Positions 11,501 through 24,699 of a DNA stretch of 64,000 nucleotides are shown one piece after another. The DNA comes from Octopus bimaculoides (lineage: Eukaryota). Position 1 is the stretch's first letter; every line of letters begins with the position of its first letter. The notes under the pieces were generated by a model. That model was not told where the DNA came from. It was given only the letters and a program-made list of their open reading frames with translations, and made no database searches. The stretch spans positions 7,302,234-7,366,233 of the forward strand of contig NC_069005.1 of the NCBI RefSeq assembly GCF_001194135.2, in the 5' to 3' direction. Both the position numbers and the translations under genes were made by a program.

Positions 11501-13844
11501 TTGGCTTGATGTCGGACGAGAAGGAAAATATCAATAAGTTTATCCCGGAAATTAGTGAAGAACTGGTTGGTTGATAGTAATGGCAGAGGAAACTAATTTA
11601 CTAGTAATAATAATGTATATACTAGTGGCATAGTGAATAACAATTAAACAGGCTATCGAGATGTATTATAAGTGTATGGGTGTGTGTGTGTGTATACATA
11701 CTATGTAATATGAAATACTGCCAGTGTAGAACAACAATTAAAGTCAAGATCTGTATATATGTATATATATTGTGGCAATACATATGTATATATAATATAT
11801 ATGTGTGTGTGTGTGTATATATACGATTAATACTTTATACTGACAGAGTAAAACAACTATACAGGCTAGAGATATATGTGTGTAGGGGGGTGTACATACT
11901 ATGTATATTATATGCTGCCAGAGAGTGGTACAATTAAACAGGCTAGAAGATGTATGTATATTGTAAGGGTAATACGTACTGTAATACACTATATACTGCC
12001 AGAGTGAGTGGAGCAATTAAACACATGTATTTACTGGTAAAAACGAGGTATGCGATGCGAATATATATAAGCTACCGTAGTGTAGAATAAATAAATTCAC
12101 ACACACATTATATATATATATATACACACATACACATGTGTGTGTATATACAACGATTTTAGTACAATAGCGATATTTGGTAGATGACAATGGTGTGGGC
12201 ACGTTGGTGATGATTGTTGTTGTAGGTGGTGATGTTTAGTAAATCTTCATTGTCAGCTCCGAGTTGAGGCGTTCTAGCCGCGACCATCCCTTCTAGTTTC
12301 GTTTGTTTGTGTCTTTTATTTCGGAATGAATGTATCGAGGCTTTTATTTTTATACTTTTTAGGGGTTTCTTTTTCTTTCATCTCTACCTTTTTTTTTTAA
12401 TATGACAAAGAAAAATATTTGGTAGCTGTTTGTATGTAAACTGGGCGAACGACCATGGAGTAAGTGACATCGTTGTTTCGTGTGTGTGGTCATTGCCGAG
12501 GATTTATAAAAAGCAACCCAGAGTGGAAACAAAAGCCAAGATCAAGGGTTCGACTCCACATACACAGACATAAATATATACATACATACATATGTATATA
12601 AACAGGGGGTGGGGATGAAAAACATGTTTATGTATATAAATACCTATATATAAATAAATATACAGCGTGTGTGTGTATATATACACGATGTATACATATA
12701 TATATAGAAGGGGAAGAAAGATAGAGAGAGGAAGAGAGAGACGGTGGTGGTTTTGATTTTAAGATCCGCCGCCATTAGCATCTAACACGAGTCCGAGAGA
12801 AAGAAATAGTTTGCTGTATGAATCGGTGGATCAACTATTTTATAGTCGCAACCAAAGGTGGTGGGGAGGAAGCCGTGGATTTTTAAAAAAATAAATCTCC
12901 TTTCTTCTGATCTTACAACACAAGACAAAAAAATAATAATAATAATCCCCCACACACCAGATATTTGTAGGTTCCAAACCACCCCACGGAAATAATCTCA
13001 TTCATCGTCGTCTCATTGAGAAATAAGACGAGGTGAGAGGGGGGAGAAAAAAAAGAGATTTTCACAAAAAGGCGCCTTGTATCTTGGCCGTCTCCCTCTC
13101 GGATTAGTTTTAATTAATATTGTTAGTCATTAACTTAATTAAAGATTTTTACTTTCAAACCTATACGTTTCCTTCATGTCACTTTTTTTCTCTCTCTCTC
13201 TCTCTTTGGTTTTTTTATTGTTTTCCTGTAAAAATTAAATAATAAAACCACCACCACCCATTGTTGACTATGATCTCCCCCTCCAAAAAAACGACCGGTA
13301 AAACAATAGTACGAGGGGGGAAAATATGTACTTTGAGAGAGAAGAAAGACATTAGTGTTACGTATGTAGTTATTGAAAACCGTTTGGTCAAGTTATTGAA
13401 GTCCTGGCACTGACAGAACGAGCAGAGAAAAGATTACCAAAAGCGTTCCAGGCAAGGCCATCCTGTCTGTTTCACTCTATAAAGCCCTGGTTTGGTTGTG
13501 TAATGTTACTTTCTACAAATCTAACTGTTCCAGTGTCTTCGATGTCTTTTCAGGCCGGTAAAGTTGAATTTTAAAATGGAATTCGGTGGATGACTCCTTT
13601 CCCAATAAGTGCAAGCAGCGACCATAACAAGTAAAAGGTCCTTCGTGTTGGCGCGTTATTCTGATGCCAGGCTTGGCTCTCTCTCCCCCCTCTTCATGAT
13701 AGACCTGCGATGACCAAAACATTCCAACCGTGACCACACCGCCTCTATAGATTATAAATAGTGGCCATATATAACGACTCTTATTATCTAATTTACCGTT
13801 CCTTTGAGGGAGAAAGGTTTCGAAAAACGATAGAGGAGGATAGG

Positions 13845-14305
13845 ATAAGATAGGATGTGTTAAATGAGTTTGTGGGGAGATGTTTGATGTTATTTCTTTT
13901 CTTTGCAGGAACCACGTATAATTATAGGGACCCCCGTCTCGGTTAACTGCACAGGATAGAACTAAGAAATATTTTGTTGTTATTTGTTTCCATTTAAATA
14001 AGGCGGTTTGTGGGTAGGATGTATGAAGTGAGTTTAGAGGGGGATTCTGGCTGTTATTTATATTTCTCTGTAGGGACCACGTATGATTTATAAGGACCCT
14101 ATTCAGGGTTTATATTTACTATGATTATTTTGTTATTTGTTTCCATTTAAATAAGGCGGTGTGTGGGTAGGATGTATGAAGTGAGTTTCTAGGGGGATTT
14201 TGGCTGTTATTTCATATTTCTCTGTAGGGACTACGTATTATAAGGAAACCTATTCAGGGTTTATATTTATTATGATTATTTTGTTAGTTGTTTCTATTTA
14301 AATAA
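13845..14305. repeat. About 152-bp tandem repeat, about 3 copies
   Basis: ttgtta(t/g)ttgttt.atttaaataa recurs at 13977, 14130 and 14281, with a diverged partial copy upstream. Confidence 0.85.
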
Positions 14306-14432
14306 ACAAAAATACCGAAGTAAACAAATACATGACTTCAATAAAAATGGTTTGATTTTTTTTATGTTTGTTTTTGTTTGTTTTTTAAATACTTTTAAAA
14401 ATGAATGCAATATAAAAAGAGATTGAACTTAC

Positions 14433-14545
14433 TCGTAATCACGAAATATTTCGTTTGTTAATTTACAATGGAAAACTTCCTCATCGGGATCAAGATCTGG
14501 CGGTGGCTTTTGTTTCAGAAAAGGCTGCCTTCTCAACAGCGGCAT
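14433..14545 (-). CDS. BAZ1A: BAZ1A/Acf1 (WAC-domain chromatin remodelling subunit), first coding exon
   Basis: Minus strand translates MPLLRRQPFLKQKPPPDLDPDEEVFHCKLTNEIFRDY+GA, matching the BAZ1A/Acf1 N-terminal WAC start (human MPLLHRKPFVRQKPPADLRPDEEVFYCKVTNEIFRHY). 113 bp, ending at a GTAAGT donor (plus acttac 14427-14432), phase 2. No downstream exon found in 1-14432. Confidence 0.93.
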
Positions 14546-14689
14546 CTTGGAGGAAAAAAATGGTTTTTGGGTTGTTTTTTTTGTTTTTTTTTTGGAGGGA
14601 AAAACTAAAAAAAAAAAAAAGACAGGTTTTTCGAGCGGTCGGTCGGAATAGAAACAAGGTTCCAACCTCAAAATAAAATTAAAAAAGCG

Positions 14690-14730
14690 GCCAAGAAATA
14701 AAGCGGCCGCCGTTCACTTCCTGCTGACTT
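14690..14730. promoter_or_regulatory. Putative BAZ1A proximal promoter
   Basis: GCGGCCGCC and an ETS core CACTTCCTG (14715-14723) about 170 bp upstream of the BAZ1A ATG; CpG-rich. Confidence 0.45.
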
Positions 14731-15704
14731 CTACTGCGTTGCTAAGGTTTTTCCCTTCTTTCTTTCTTTTTTTCTTTTTAGATAGACAAATAAAGAGAGA
14801 GAGGGGGACAGGCAGGCAGAGAGAGAGAGATAAGAGGTTTTTCAAAAAACAAGAAATGTGTGTTTAGGNNNNNNNNNNNNNNNNNNNNNNNNNNNNNNNN
14901 NNNNNNNNNNNNNNNNNNNNNNNNNNNNNNNNNNNNNNNNNNNNNNNNNNNNNNNNNNNNNNNNNNNNNNNNNNNNNNNNNNNNNNNNNNNNNNNNNNNN
15001 NNNNNNNNNNNNNNNNNNNNNNNNNNNNNNNNNNNNNNNNNNNNNNNNNNNNNNNNNNNNNNNNNNNNNNNNNNNNNNNNNNNNNNNNNNNNNNNNNNNN
15101 NNNNNNNNNNNNNNNNNNNNNNNNNNNNNNNNNNNNNNNNNNNNNNNNNNNNNNNNNNNNNNNNNNNNNNNNNNNNNNNNNNNNNNNNNNNNNCCGACTA
15201 AAAGAAAGCTTCGATTTTGTTTGTTTTTTTCTTCCTTTTTTTTTGTTTCTTTTTCTTTTCTTTTTTTCAAGCAATAACCGGGGGTGCAGGGGAGTAGAAA
15301 GAGGCAGGGTTTCGTTGTCGTTGTCGTGGTTGAGACAGATTCCGATCATCAAAGTAAACCAAGCAGGACATCTTCCAGGTTGGCGTCGATGAAGAGAACT
15401 TATTGTCTTATTGCCTCTTTCTTCTTGTTCGGCTTTGATTCGGAACGACGTCGAAGGTGACCGATGGCTGGTGTATGATCGATCACCTTTGTTACATTTT
15501 TGGTTGATTTATCCAGCTTTACAATTCCGTCAAGAATGTGAATTTAGTCCTTTTCTTCTTTTTGTTTTTGTCGCTGTTTTTTTTGTTGATGTTGTGGCCT
15601 TTATTTATTTCTGTTTCCGACACATGTCGTCAGTATATTTCTCTTTTCACTTATTATATTTTACCGGGACAAAAAGGTAAGCCCTGCCTCCAAAAACAAC
15701 GTCT

Positions 15705-15860
15705 TTCGTTCTGATTGGTTACTTTCTTGCATGATTGACAGCTTATGTAAATGAATACAGCGGAAGTCAGCGGCACTTTCTTTTTGTTGTTTATTTATCA
15801 ATTTTTTGTAGTATTTTTTGTGTGTTTATTGACGGCGTGACGTGAACGAGGCGGGGGTTT
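15705..15860. promoter_or_regulatory. Housekeeping-type promoter motif cluster
   Basis: ATTGG (inverted CCAAT) 15714-15718, CGGAAGT (ETS) 15761-15767, TGACGTGA (CRE-like) 15838-15845, GGCGGGG (GC box) 15850-15856. Confidence 0.45.
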
Positions 15861-15989
15861 GTTTTTCTACACTTTTTTTTCAAAAACTGAAGAGTTCTAC
15901 TTTCTGATGATGAGTTACCTACCTTGCTTTACCCGCGCTATCCCACCTCCAGAGATTGAGCAATTTTTTCAACCTCACAATACACTATT

Positions 15990-16364
15990 ACTCTTTTACT
16001 TGTTTCAGTCATTTGACTGTGGCCATGCTGGAGCACCGCCTTTAGTCGAGCAAATCGACCCCAGGACTTATTCTTTGTAAGCCTAGTACTTATTCTATTG
16101 GTCACTTTTTGCCGAACCGCTAAGTTACGGGGACGTAAACACACCAGCATCGGTTGTCAAGCGATGGTGGGGGGACAAACACAGACACACAAACATATAT
16201 ACGACGGGTTTCCTTCAGTTTCCGTCTACCAAATCCATTCACAAGGCTTTGGTCGGCCCGAGGCTATAGTAGAAGACACTTGCCCAAGGTGGCACGCAGT
16301 GGGACTGAACCCGGAACCATGTGGTTGGTAAGCAAGCTAATTACCACACAGCCACTCCTGCGCC
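15990..16364 (-). mobile_element. tRNA-derived SINE family A (about 400 bp), young full copy
   Basis: Head ggcgcaggagtggctgtgtggt...ggttcagtccc, core ggcaccttgggcaagtgtcttctactatagcc, (TA)/(GT) linker, tail ggtgctccagcatggcc..caagtaaaagag. Other copies at about 1411-1570, 1728-1935, 2920-3585, 4727-5101, 6860-7112, 7522-7918, 8600-9065, 26578-27625, 28715-28983, 33260-33540, 37063-37210, 39140-39350, 40175-40340, 53928-54100. Confidence 0.9.
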
Positions 16365-18787
16365 TTTTTTTTCCGTATCTTTTCTTAACCATTTCTTTCG
16401 GCATACCTACACAAGTGTACTCTGCCATCGACATCGTTTCTTCATAACTTTCAGTAAAGAACGGATATTTTCCCATAAAATTTCCTACAAATACTTTTCA
16501 GATGGTGTAAGGTTACGATTATATCGGAATTTAATGTGAACATTTTCTCTTTAATTAATGAGCGCACACACAGAAATTGACAATCAGAATTTTTTTTTTT
16601 TTTTTTTTTTTCAAAATTTCATATTTCATTTTATAGATATATTTGATGTGTCATAATATGTGTGCACACCCACCAGTATTTTTTGTTGTTTTTTCTACAT
16701 TAAATTTTGAAATAACATCTGAAAGGTATTTGCAGAAAATTTCATTAAAAACTATCCATTTTTCTGAAAGTTCTGAAGAAGCTAAGTCGATGGGAGGCAC
16801 ATTTGCGTAGATATGCCTCTCTTCCTTCTTATATTATTTTATTCTGACTTTTCTACCAAAATATTTTTTAAAAAACGTTTCTCTTGAACGAAAACTTTGG
16901 GCCCTGTACTTAGACGGCCTCAGTACATTTTATTCTAATAATTTCTTCCCACCTGTACTGCTATCTTCTTTCTATCTCTTCCTGCCTAATTTTAAAAAAA
17001 GCATCGCTTTTCTAACAAAGAAATACCCAAACTTTACTCTATGCTTGGACTAGACCTGTAATTGGAGCTGGCAGAGTCGTTAACGCAAAATGCTTGGCGG
17101 CATTTTGTCCGTCTTTAGGTCCTGAGTTCAAATGCCGCCGGGATCGACTTCCCCTTTCATCGTTTCGCAGTCGATAAAATTTATACCAGTTGAACACTGA
17201 GATCGATGTAATTGCTTGCCTTGGGCCAAAATTTGAAACCAGTATTACATTTCACAGAGGCGGCAAGCCGGTAAAATCGTTAGCACACCGGGTAAAATGC
17301 TGAGCGGGATTTTCTATCTTTCCTTTTGAGTTCAAATTCCGCTAAGATCGACTTTTCCCCTTTCAGGGTCGATAAAATAAGTACCAGTTGAACACTTGGG
17401 TCAATGTAATCGACTGCCCCTCCCTTCAAAATTGCTAGCCTTGTGCCAAAGCAGGAAACACGTTTAGCTCTTGTTTCACACTCTCGACTTTTAATATAGT
17501 ATTTTTCTTCTCTCAAAAACATCCCTGGCCAATTTTCCCCTCCACTTTTGGCTTTCAACACGATTTATTCAATTTCCAGATGTATGGGCCGGCTGTTTAG
17601 ACCCGCATATCTTCCTTTCGTTCTGTTCCTCAATAAAGATCATGTTCGCTATGACTAAAATCTCACATTTCTGGTTCAAGACAACAAGTCTTCATTACTT
17701 CTTTACCTTCTTACAACAAATTTCTTTATCCACAAAAATGTCACTAAACTCTACTTTCAGTATTTTCCTCCTCTCTCTCTCTCTGCACTCTTCTCCCCCT
17801 CCCTTATTTCTCTTGTCTCTCCTCCTGCTACCCCTCTTACTTCTCCTCTCTCTCTCTGTCATTGCTATTCTTTCTCTCTGCCCTCCTCTCTTGCTTTGTC
17901 CTCTCTTTATCGAACTATCATAATTTACCGTTATACGCCCGATCTCTGAACACCCCCACACAAATATATATATATGTGAATATATGCATGTATATATTAT
18001 ATATATATATATATATAAATATGTGTGCTCCCGAGACGTTTACGGCTATACTAGGATGACAGCTTAAAGTTCAGACAGCTTCAAACGATCCAAAGAAACT
18101 TCAGACCCGCTAGAAATAGCAGTCAAATGTCTCAAATTACACGGCACATTTTTAAATAAGGGAAGATACGATCCATATCCATTGGAAACTATACGCAATA
18201 CTCAGTCCCTGATTTAATAAAATACATAACGGAACAGTCACTGTTGGAACGACAGGGCCTGTTCCCATCGCGGTTGACCCAGGGCTAAACGTACGTGTTG
18301 TGTACATTTCTGTGCGTGTATATATGTGTGTGTGCGTAAATAAATATATGTATACTCACACACACACATACTATGGGCAGTATGAAAATTATGCCAAATC
18401 AACTTAATCATAATTAATAAATTCGTCGAAATATCTAATTGATACCATGATCAAGCAAACTAATCTCTTCTTCATGGGATGGACATTTTTCTCTTGTTTT
18501 AATTATCTTTGTATTAATTATTTTACCAATGGTAAAAAAAAATTTGGTTTGGGGTTTTTTTTTCGCTTAGATTCTGTTGTTCTTTGATGAAAATTAAATT
18601 AAAATTGTAAGTAAAGTGTTTGGAATGAAAGATGAGTGATGCGCTGTTTGGTTCTACAGGAAAATAAAACAAGAAGACAGAAGAAAGAAAAAGTTTTCAA
18701 TGTTACACATAGCTATACGCATATGTATTCGTATAATAACCACATGTGTATATATACGTTTATGTACATAAATCTGTATACACACAT

Positions 18788-18824
<37 letters not shown>

Positions 18825-19447
18825 ATATATATAATTAATGAAAATCATTGAACAAATGTTGATCTTCCTTATAAAAAGAACCGGCAAATAAATATTTCGT
18901 CCCACAAAATTTTATGTTGTAACTAAAATTATTCATTTTTGTGTTTCATCTCATTAAATTCAATGTAAATTATAAAAAAATTAAAAAATAACATGATCAC
19001 TAATTAACGGCGAGTGAATCATTTGAGGTTAATGAACTAGCTTGAGATAGAAAAATAAATTAAATATTTAAAAGTATAAAGTGAAAACTTTCTCAAATTC
19101 CAAATAATACTGAAAAATATGGGTCCAAAAAAAAGTTTATTTTGCTTCTTCCCGATCCAAAAAACCCTTCTTGGGTGAGGGTCATCACTTTTGAATGTGA
19201 ATATTGAATAGAATTAATATTTAATAAAGTAACCGCAGCGTGCTTCGATTTTATGTTCAGACAAAAAAGAAATACATATTTCTTTCGGGTTTGTTTATTA
19301 TTTCTTAAAGAAAAATTTAATAACAGAACATCTCTTTGGTTTGGGATTTTTTTCTTTATTTTTACATCATTTTTTCTTCGTTTTAGACATTTTTTTTATA
19401 TCCTTCGAAAGTTAATCCAAACAACACTTTGTAGCTCACACACGTGT

Positions 19448-19486
<39 letters not shown>

Positions 19487-19746
19487 TACATACATACATA
19501 TGTATGTATATCTGCTGTACCCTAGCATGGTCGTAGTCCAATGACCGAAACAAGCAAAAAAAAAAAAAACAATATATATACATATTGTTATATTTCAGGA
19601 TGGTAATTTTTTTTTTTTTGCTAATAAACACACGCACTATTAGTGTATTTTTACTGGTAAAAATTTTTAAAATGACCATCCCCAAATATAACAATGTTTC
19701 AGTACAAGGATTCACATCATGAACCTTGCAAAGCAAATGCATAAAC

Positions 19747-19791
<45 letters not shown>

Positions 19792-21293
19792 TACACACGT
19801 TTGACTGTAGTGTGTATACATATATACACACGTGTTTAAGTGTGTGTGTATATATATATATATATATAAACACATAGAAGATATACAATGTGTATATACA
19901 CACACACATACATGTAGAGAGAGAGAGACAAATACCTAGAAGTGGGGGGGCGATTCTTAAAATTACTAATTTAAACTTTATGATTGAGATCCTTGCCCTT
20001 AATTTTCAACCCCTTAATTTTTATATATTTCTCGTTGTTTTTTGTCTCATAGCATTTCAAATGCCTTTAAATCCCCCTCTTCAATAAGTTGTTTTAGCTG
20101 AAAAATTGATTGCGTTTTAGTTTATCAATTATTTAAATTTCAATGGCGTATTTCTGACATCTTCCATCTTCTTTGGATTTTTGTGAAGACAGCGAGGGGA
20201 GAAGAAGAGAAAATAAAAAACCAGTATATAACAAAGATTTTTCTTTTCTCTCACAGCAAACCTTTTTGACTTCAATCTATTATACACTCATGGGAAGGTA
20301 GAAAATTGTTAGACTTTTCTTTTATATACGGAGAAGCCGAGTTTTATTTGTTGAAGTTAGTGCAAGGTAGAAAAGAAAGCAGCTAGTTGAATGGTTGTTC
20401 ACTGACATAGTGAGTCACAGGGACTTGGAATTCTATTCAGTAATGAATTATATAAGAAGCACACTCGAATAGGTCGGTGTTTAGAGATAGGCATAGCATA
20501 GTTCAATATTTCTGTGTACCTCCTCTGTCACTACTATTATTTTTAGGGGGGAAAACAATTAGTTTTAGATTGAGATATGCTTTATTTCATTCAATTGGAC
20601 ATTTTAGACATTGCTTTATCAAACGTTTGTTTGAAGTTGCCTTGCAAAGATGAGAGCTTAGCCTGGCAGATAAGATAGTGTTCTATACCAGTAGAAGCAG
20701 GATAACTCGTTGTCAATGGCTGCTGCTTAAATTTAGCTGACTAATTCAGTTCAATGTGAGTAAGCTGAAGTATTTTGTTGCCCATTCAATGAATGGCAGG
20801 TTGATAGCATGAACAGATCTTGTCTTTCCAAGGACATGTTGGTTTGGAGATAGTTCTACACTTACAATATATGCATTTTCCTCCAACACACTATATACTC
20901 CTCAAATCATCTTGGTTCTGATAGTAAGAAGAAAAAAAGAAACAATCTCAACAGAATAATCTTTGAAATACTTTAAAACAGCTCAGTTTAGAGGAAACAA
21001 AGGATGGTTTTTAAAATAGGCAAAACTCTACATGTTTCCTGTTGAAAGTTTTTCTATAACTTCTCTACATACAATGAAAGTTAAATGTAAATACTTAAAA
21101 GTACTTGATGTGTGCAAACGTATGAAGAAGCCATTTTGCCTTATTAAGTTTCCATTTTATCACTTCTCTCTGTTATGTTCTGGTCTATCATAAAGAGAAA
21201 TGAAATCCCACATTTTCATGGGAGCAGATTAGAAGCAATGATCATTTTACCATTCCCAGTTATAAAGAGATGACTTCTATAAAACTTTTAAAT

Positions 21294-21524
21294 CAGTGGT
21301 TGTCAACCAGGATCCATATAAGAATTTGTTGTTAAAATTCGTCAGCAATAAATTTGATTATATTTCCACAATACACAAAATATTTTAATTTCTTTTATGC
21401 AATTCCTAATAACATTTAATTATAAAAATGTAATAGGATTTTTTTAAATATCGAATGGCTATGACAGTCTACCTGAGTAAAATATAAGGGGTTTTTGGAT
21501 TAAAAAAATGGTTGAGAAACATTG
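21294..21524. mobile_element. hAT-type MITE
   Basis: cagtggttgtcaacc...ggttgagaaacattg, with 8-bp flanks ttttaaat / ttttagat. Confidence 0.7.
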
Positions 21525-21719
21525 TTTTAGATACATTTTGTTTTATATAGCCCAATACCTACAAGTTGTACCTTTCATTTGTTCCAAGAATTATTTGTTT
21601 AACCATTTAGCATTTAAACTGGTCAGTCCCAACCCAAGTATTCTACCTGTTTTATGTTCAAACCAACAAGATCCAGCCTCTCACATCTGTCCCACAATTT
21701 CATTTTAAAAATAAACAAT

Positions 21720-22225
21720 CATAGTCTGGGTAAAGTTCAGAGCTCCTACATCTGCTGGTGACAAAGTGCCTCTCGCTCAGAGTGAAAAGTAGACTGTATG
21801 ATGCATGTGTACAAACAGCCATGCTACACAGCAGTGAAACATGGGCTGTAACTGCTGAGGACATGCACAGGCTTGAAAGAAATGAAGCTAGTATGCTCCA
21901 CTGGATGTGTAATGTCAGTATGCATACATGACAGAGTGTAAGCACCCTGAGAGAAAAGTTGGACATAAGCAGCATAAGATGTGGTTTGCTAGAAAGACAA
22001 CTGCACTGGTACGGTCATGTGTTGCGTATGGATGAGGACAGCTGTGTGAAGAAGTATCACACCCTAACAGTGGAGGGAACCTGTGGAAGAGGTAGACCCA
22101 GAAAGACATGGAATAAGGTGGTGAAATACAACCTTTGAACATTGGGCCTCTCAGAGGCAATGACAAGTGACGAAGACCTTTGGAGATATGCTGTGCTTGA
22201 GAAGACCCGGCAAACCAAGTGAGAT
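21720..22225 (+). mobile_element. RTE-clade LINE 3' fragment
   Basis: LSLRVKSRLYDACVQTAMLHSSETWAVT...WYGHVLRMDEDSCVKK...GRGRPRKTW...LWRYAVLEKTRQTK*. Confidence 0.88.
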
Positions 22226-22324
22226 CATAGCCAAGGCCGATGGCTGTGTCATTTAACCAGCCTGTTTAAAAGTACCCTTCAATTATTGGGCAATATGCTG
22301 TGCTTGAGTCAAGTGAGATCATAT

Positions 22325-22480
22325 AAGTTTGTGTTTGTTGTATGACTCTTCCAGGAGACATTGAGTGCCATTCTAAGCATCCTCGTATAACAACCATTCA
22401 ACTGCTGCTTCAATGATGAGAAAATGATTTTAGCTGCTGCATCTAGTAGGTCTAGGTGGCCACATAACATATTTTCTGGA
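22325..22480 (-). mobile_element. LINE (RTE/RTEX-like) C-terminal fragment
   Basis: LKQQLNGCYTRMLRMALNVSWKSHTTNTNLY, a motif typical of RTE-group ORF2 C-termini. Confidence 0.6.
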
Positions 22481-23310
22481 ACAAGTTGAATATTTTCAGA
22501 CCAAAATTTACAGCCAAAAAAATTGGTCAACTTATACAACAAGACAACTTAACCAAGAGTTACCTATTGGCTACCCTTATCTGCTTTAGCCAACTAGTTG
22601 AAGCAGTTTACAGGGACTGTGACTGCGGTTATATGCAAACAGCGACTTGGAATCACAGGTGCAAGTTAGGCACCTGGTGGAGACTGAAGCGAATGAACCA
22701 CACCTAAGAGGGCAATGTGTTCTCCACTGTCAAAGGTGCTGCCCCTCCCTGACACCTCATATACCCCAGTCCTAGAGGTCAAATGGTCAAAGAATGGTTT
22801 GATTGTCCCCATCCCATCTTCAGCATTGCATTATGCCTGTCATCAAGACATTAAACCAGAATTTTCTAAACTTTCAACATTGATGACACACTTTCTAAAA
22901 ATAATATTTTTGTGTCATACTAGTTAAGCTCTGTCAGCAATTAATTAGCATATCCTATGTCATTAGTCATATTTGTAATTCACAAATCATGTGTCATCAG
23001 TCATATACCTAATTAGCATATTGTGTGTCATTAATCATGTCAGTATGGGCCTGTTGTAGACGACACATGCCCCAGGTGCCATGCAGTAGCACTGAACCTA
23101 TGAGTAATGAAATTCAATTATTTAAAAAGAGAGTAAAAAATACACTGGATCATGTAGTCCTGGAAACACTGTAAAGAAAGTTGAGATGGTCATGCCTGGA
23201 ACACTTTTGATCACACACCTACTTGTTCATGTTAAACTTGGACTAAGAAGATTTAATGTTACATCTAGTTCCAGACACCCCAACCTCCAGTTCCTAGATC
23301 CTTGGGGATC

Positions 23311-23683
23311 TTTAGTAGAGTACACACTTTGGCAGCGTACATACTTTAGAAGAGAACACACTTTAGTGAAGTACGTACTTTAGCAGAGTACACATTTTAG
23401 TAGAGTACAGAGTTTAGCTGAGTACACACTTTAGCAGCGTATACACTTTAGCAGAGTACATACTTTAGCAGCCTATACGTTTTAGTAGAGTACACAATTT
23501 AGCTGAGTACATGCTTTAGCAGAGTACACACTTTAGAAAAGTGCAGAGTTTAGCTGAGTACACACTTTAGCAGAGTACATGCTTAAGCAGAGTATACACT
23601 TTAGCACCATACACAGTTTAAAGAAGAATATACTTTAGCAGAGTATGCACTTTAGCGAAGTACATACCTTAACAGAGTACACA
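23311..23683. repeat. 17-bp minisatellite, about 22 copies
   Basis: Unit tttagcagagtacacac with variants. Confidence 0.9.
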
Positions 23684-24014
23684 TGGTTGCTAGCATTTGG
23701 ACTCAATCCTCAGTCTCAAGGAGGTTTATTTCACTCCTTCTTCGTAGGTGTATATATGTGTAGAGATGAAGAATTGTGTGTATGTATATGTAGGTGTGTG
23801 TATGTGTATCATCATCATCATTTAATATCCGTTTTCTATGCTGACACAGGTTCAATAGTTTGACAGGAGCTGCACCACATTCCAATTGTCTGTTTTAAAA
23901 ATGTTAACATTAAATTAATAAGATGTCTTATGCAATAAGTTGTGTTGTATACAAGACTACTTGTCTTTTATTATATGCAAAGAAAATTTAGGGTAGTGAA
24001 CTGATAAAGAAACA

Positions 24015-24330
24015 AATACAGAAAAAAGGGGCCATATTCACAAGTGATGGAGAGCAGGAGGTTGAACTGGATGCTTGAATTCCAGGTGTTGATACAGTGA
24101 TGTATCAACTCCAGTGTTTAATCCTTAGAAGAAGAGAGGCTGGTAAAAAAAAAAACCCAAATTTCTTGTCTTCAATTTGGCTTTTGTGCCCATCCTCACC
24201 TATGGTAATGATTGAAAGAGTACAATTGTGAGTGCAAGCAGCTGAAATGTGGTTCCTCCGATGGATCTCTGGAGTAGTTCTCACTTGGTCATGCTTGAGA
24301 ATCCAGCCAGAAAGTCTAATGACTGCTTCT
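24015..24330 (+). mobile_element. RTE-like LINE fragment
   Basis: IFTSDGEQEVELD...FVPILTYG...VQAAEMWFLRWISG in broken frames. Confidence 0.65.
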
Positions 24331-24487
24331 GGTAGGAACACTATGTTGGAGATATCTGAAGACTCTACCCCAACAAATCTCCCATGAAGAGTGATGGTGG
24401 TGATAGGGGAGAGGAAGGTGGATAGGTGGAACTGGTAAAGAGTTCAAATACAGAAAAAAAAGATGGTTAAGAAACACTTCTCTAAGC

Positions 24488-24699
24488 CAGCATTTTTCAA
24501 ACTGTGCGTCTGGACCCTTCAGTGGGTTGCAAGATAAATAAAATGGGTCACAACAAAAAGAAAAAAAGGAAAGAAAAAAATGCAAGTGGGTGCAAAGTGC
24601 AGAATATAAACCAGCATTTTTCAAACAGTGGGGCCTAATCTTTCAGTGGGTTGTGAGATAAATAAAATGGGTCGCAACAAAACAGTTTGAAAAATGCTG
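24488..24699. mobile_element. hAT-type mini element with duplicated 5' end
   Basis: TIR cagcatttttcaaac occurs at 24488 and 24612, inverted at 24685-24699; perfect 8-bp TSD ctctaagc (24480-24487, 24700-24707). Confidence 0.8.
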
